DNA from: Lama glama
Lineage: Eukaryota
NCBI GenBank assembly: GCA_028534125.1
Contig: CM052817.1
Location: 65,784,001-65,848,000, forward strand
Reading direction: 5' to 3'
Length of the DNA: 64,000 nucleotides
Position 1 is the stretch's first letter, and every line of letters begins with the position of its first letter. The translations under genes were made by a program, and so were the position numbers. The notes under the pieces are model-generated. The model was not told the origin of the DNA. It saw only the letters and a program-made list of their open reading frames with translations, and searched no databases. Positions 61,131 to 64,000 of the stretch are shown one piece after another.

Positions 61131-64000
61131 GCTGCTACTTAGTCTCAGCAGATAAGCACTCACTCCCTTTGGGTACAGCTGCCTGGGCCGTATGTGTGCA
61201 TTAGGACTCTCATCCACTGCCATCCACCTGGAGGACCACTGGGTGGCTGTGGCAGGCCGAACCCAACACCAGACCTTCGCTTTGTTACCATCGGCTTGCT
61301 TTGAGCGGGGGTCTTCATGTCTATGAGGAAATGAATATGTAACACTTTCTTCCCCAGACCATCAAGACCAGATTGTGCTGAAGTATTTCTGGAAAGCTGT
61401 CTAATGACATGCAACGTCCTGGCGTCCATACGCAGTGAGAGGAAGAAAGACAGTGGTTCAGTGCAAGTGTCTCAGAGCAAGTCAGTAACAGCAGTGCCTG
61501 GGGAAATGGAGGTGGTGGAACAGGCCCGTGCCCTGACCTCACGTGTTCTAGGGGCAGAGGAGTGGGGAGAAGCTGTCATCAGCCATTCCAGAAGGGTAGG
61601 CGCCTAGTGAGGGTGGCCCAAGAAGGGTGAAGAACTACAGTCTGTCTCCCCCGAGGAGGGGGCAAGAATAGCCTTTCATGCCCCCGATGTGATGGAGACG
61701 TAGGAGGAAGGTGGGGGTCGCGGGTCCTTGAATGCCAGAGCTGGAGATGACCTTTCAGAAAGTCTCATCTGGTGGCTGTCGCAGTTCTTCCACGGTACCC
61801 CAGAGACAAACAACGGGGGCGGGCCTGAGGGAGCCTCCCAGTCGAGGCTTCTGCTTGTGCATCCAGCCCTGTTTTTCAACCACAGTGTTTCCATTTTTAT
61901 CAGTTTATATTGCGAAGTTTCTGCACCAGATTTTATTTCATAAAAGAGACCTCTAGTTTTAAAAAGTTCAAATGAAGCAGCTGAGACTTAAGAGGCCGTC
62001 TCTTCTATGATAGTTCTTTCTTCAGCAGTGAGCAAATTGTTGGAACACATGCCTTTTGATAGCACAAGAGTTTATGCCTGTGACGTTCTGCAGTCTCACA
62101 GCCCAGCTGAGAGGAGTGGACTTCAGAGGAAATGAACATCGATGCAGTAGCTAAGGCCTGTGCTCAGTTCTACCAACGGGTCTTGCTGTCACGTGGCCTT
62201 GAGACAAATCAATGACGGAAAGCCTGTCTTTATTTTCTCTTTAAAATGAGAGCTGCAGTGTCAGCCTCCTTTAGCAGAAACAGATTCAAAGGGCAGAGGC
62301 GGCTGGCTGCTCTATCAAGAAAGGGGCAAAGGGTGAGGGCTCAAGGAAACAAAATTATATGTTAAGGAGAGTAATTTTTCATACTATTAACTCAAAGCAG
62401 GAAGCCTTAATTCAGCCAGAGGATTGAAAAGATACCTGACTGTGGCCTTAACCAACCTTTTGGTTCTTTACATGAATGGGAAAAAATAATAATAATCTCT
62501 CTTTTGCAACTTAAGGTGCAAAGTTTTCCTGAGAAAACAGTTTCTATCATTTGGGACAACAGAACGGTTTGGAAGGAAAAGGACCAGCTTTGGACCCAGG
62601 CATTCCTGAGTGTGAATCCAGAACTGCCAACTCCTCCTCGTGCACCAATGACCATGTGGTTCAGTTGTCGCAGGCCTCCCGTTCCTCTTTGTAAATGTCT
62701 GTCAGCGAGACCCTGGCGAGGATTAGACAGGTTGCATGGAATGCAGCTGGCGTGAATCTGACATCATTATTGTGCAGTGTTGTTGTTGCCATTGTGATTG
62801 GACCTGAAAACAAGGATGCGGAGTGAGAGTAAGCTGACGTGTGTGATTTTTTTCCACAGTGAGGAGGTTTTTCTGCTTCTACAGCCGGTTTCATCTAGCA
62901 GGGAAGTTCTAACTCTTTGCTAGTGGATGTCTTGAGTACTGTGGGGAGAATTCTAAAGCTTCTCAGAAGGGAAAGAAGTATCATTGGGGAGGAACGGAGA
63001 TACAGTTCCAGCAGCAGCACAAATGTCAGGTATAGACTTCTCTGCTCTAGGCTAGGGAGGGGGTGCGGAAAGGAGACACAGGCATCGAGCCCCAGCTCTG
63101 TGCCCAGTGTTCCAGCTGTCACTGATGGGGACGAGCGGAGGGAAATGCCGTTCCCCTCTTTCACTGCAGAGGTTTGACTTGGCACAGAACTGGCCGTTTG
63201 CAGAGCCTTGGAAGCTAGCGCGATGTCAACTGGGAGGAAGAAAGCATGGGAGGGAAAGTTCAGGGGGAAGTCGGGGAAGGAACGATCTAGGTTGGATGTG
63301 TTTATTTTGACCAGTGCCTCCTGCCATCCCTAGCATTCGGTCAGCCATGAAGCTTTCGTTTTACAGGTTGAAGGCTTCTTGGTGCTGTTGTGAACTTCTG
63401 GAATAACCTTAGTGTTGGGACAAAAGTCAGCTGGCAATTAAGCCATCCAGAAGAATATGATCTACACCAGTTTTTCTCAAGAAACCCCAGAGGTCTGGAG
63501 TCAGGGGATTCAGGGCAGCCAGAGGCCACCTGGCCGGCACTAAGGTTCAGATGGTCTAGAAATATTGCTGTGTCAAGGAAGCCAGTTACAAGGTGGGCTC
63601 TTATAGGAAAAGGGTGGAAGGGGATATGATTTGGGAAGACTTGCCTAAAGTGATTGTGCTCATAAACACATGGAATTAGAGATTTTGTGCACTTTGAGTG
63701 CTTTTTTCTAGAGCAACAGGCAAAGTACAGGAAAATAACACCTAGAGTGGTCACAAATTTTTTCTACTGAGAATGTTGGAAAACAATAGCTTTGTCTCCC
63801 CACGTTAGAAATCTATCAGGCTAACCATCCATCTCTCATGGATAGAAATACAGTTTTGAAGATCTAAGCCATGTGGGCCATATTGAGAGTGTGGGCCGGC
63901 GGCGTGAGCCATATAGGTTGATGGTACAGTTGGTCACCTTGCTCGGAACGTGTCAGCCCAGCCCTTGGGTTCTCCCACGACAGGTTGCTAATGGAATCTT

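Overview
This 64 kb window is mammalian (eutherian) genomic DNA, AT-rich and CpG-depleted. I recognise no protein-coding exon or RNA gene, so it is intronic or intergenic. It carries ancient repeats shared across placentals: MIR, L2, L1M/L1ME, MaLR MLT1, ERVL LTRs, MER5A, MER53, MER82 and Tigger2. It also carries several young 5'-truncated L1 3' ends whose sequence resembles camelid (camel/alpaca) L1. I saw no Alu, B1/B2, Bov-tA/BovB, PRE1 or CAN-SINE. Family names come from recalled consensus sequences and were not computed. The only recognisable ORF-track peptides are decayed L1 ORF2 and DNA-transposase fragments. The most notable structures are: (1) a frameshifted hAT-Charlie/Buster transposase fossil at about 33.2-34.8 kb that the ORF track mostly misses; (2) a degenerate 24-bp minisatellite that expanded out of an MLT1 LTR motif; (3) a probable L1 3' transduction; (4) a 27-nt L1 insertion with a 16-bp TSD; (5) two triple-nested TE stacks; (6) a Tigger2 inserted into an inverted Tigger2 end; (7) a palindromic MER53; (8) several candidate enhancers. 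I found no convincing evidence of a novel biological system.
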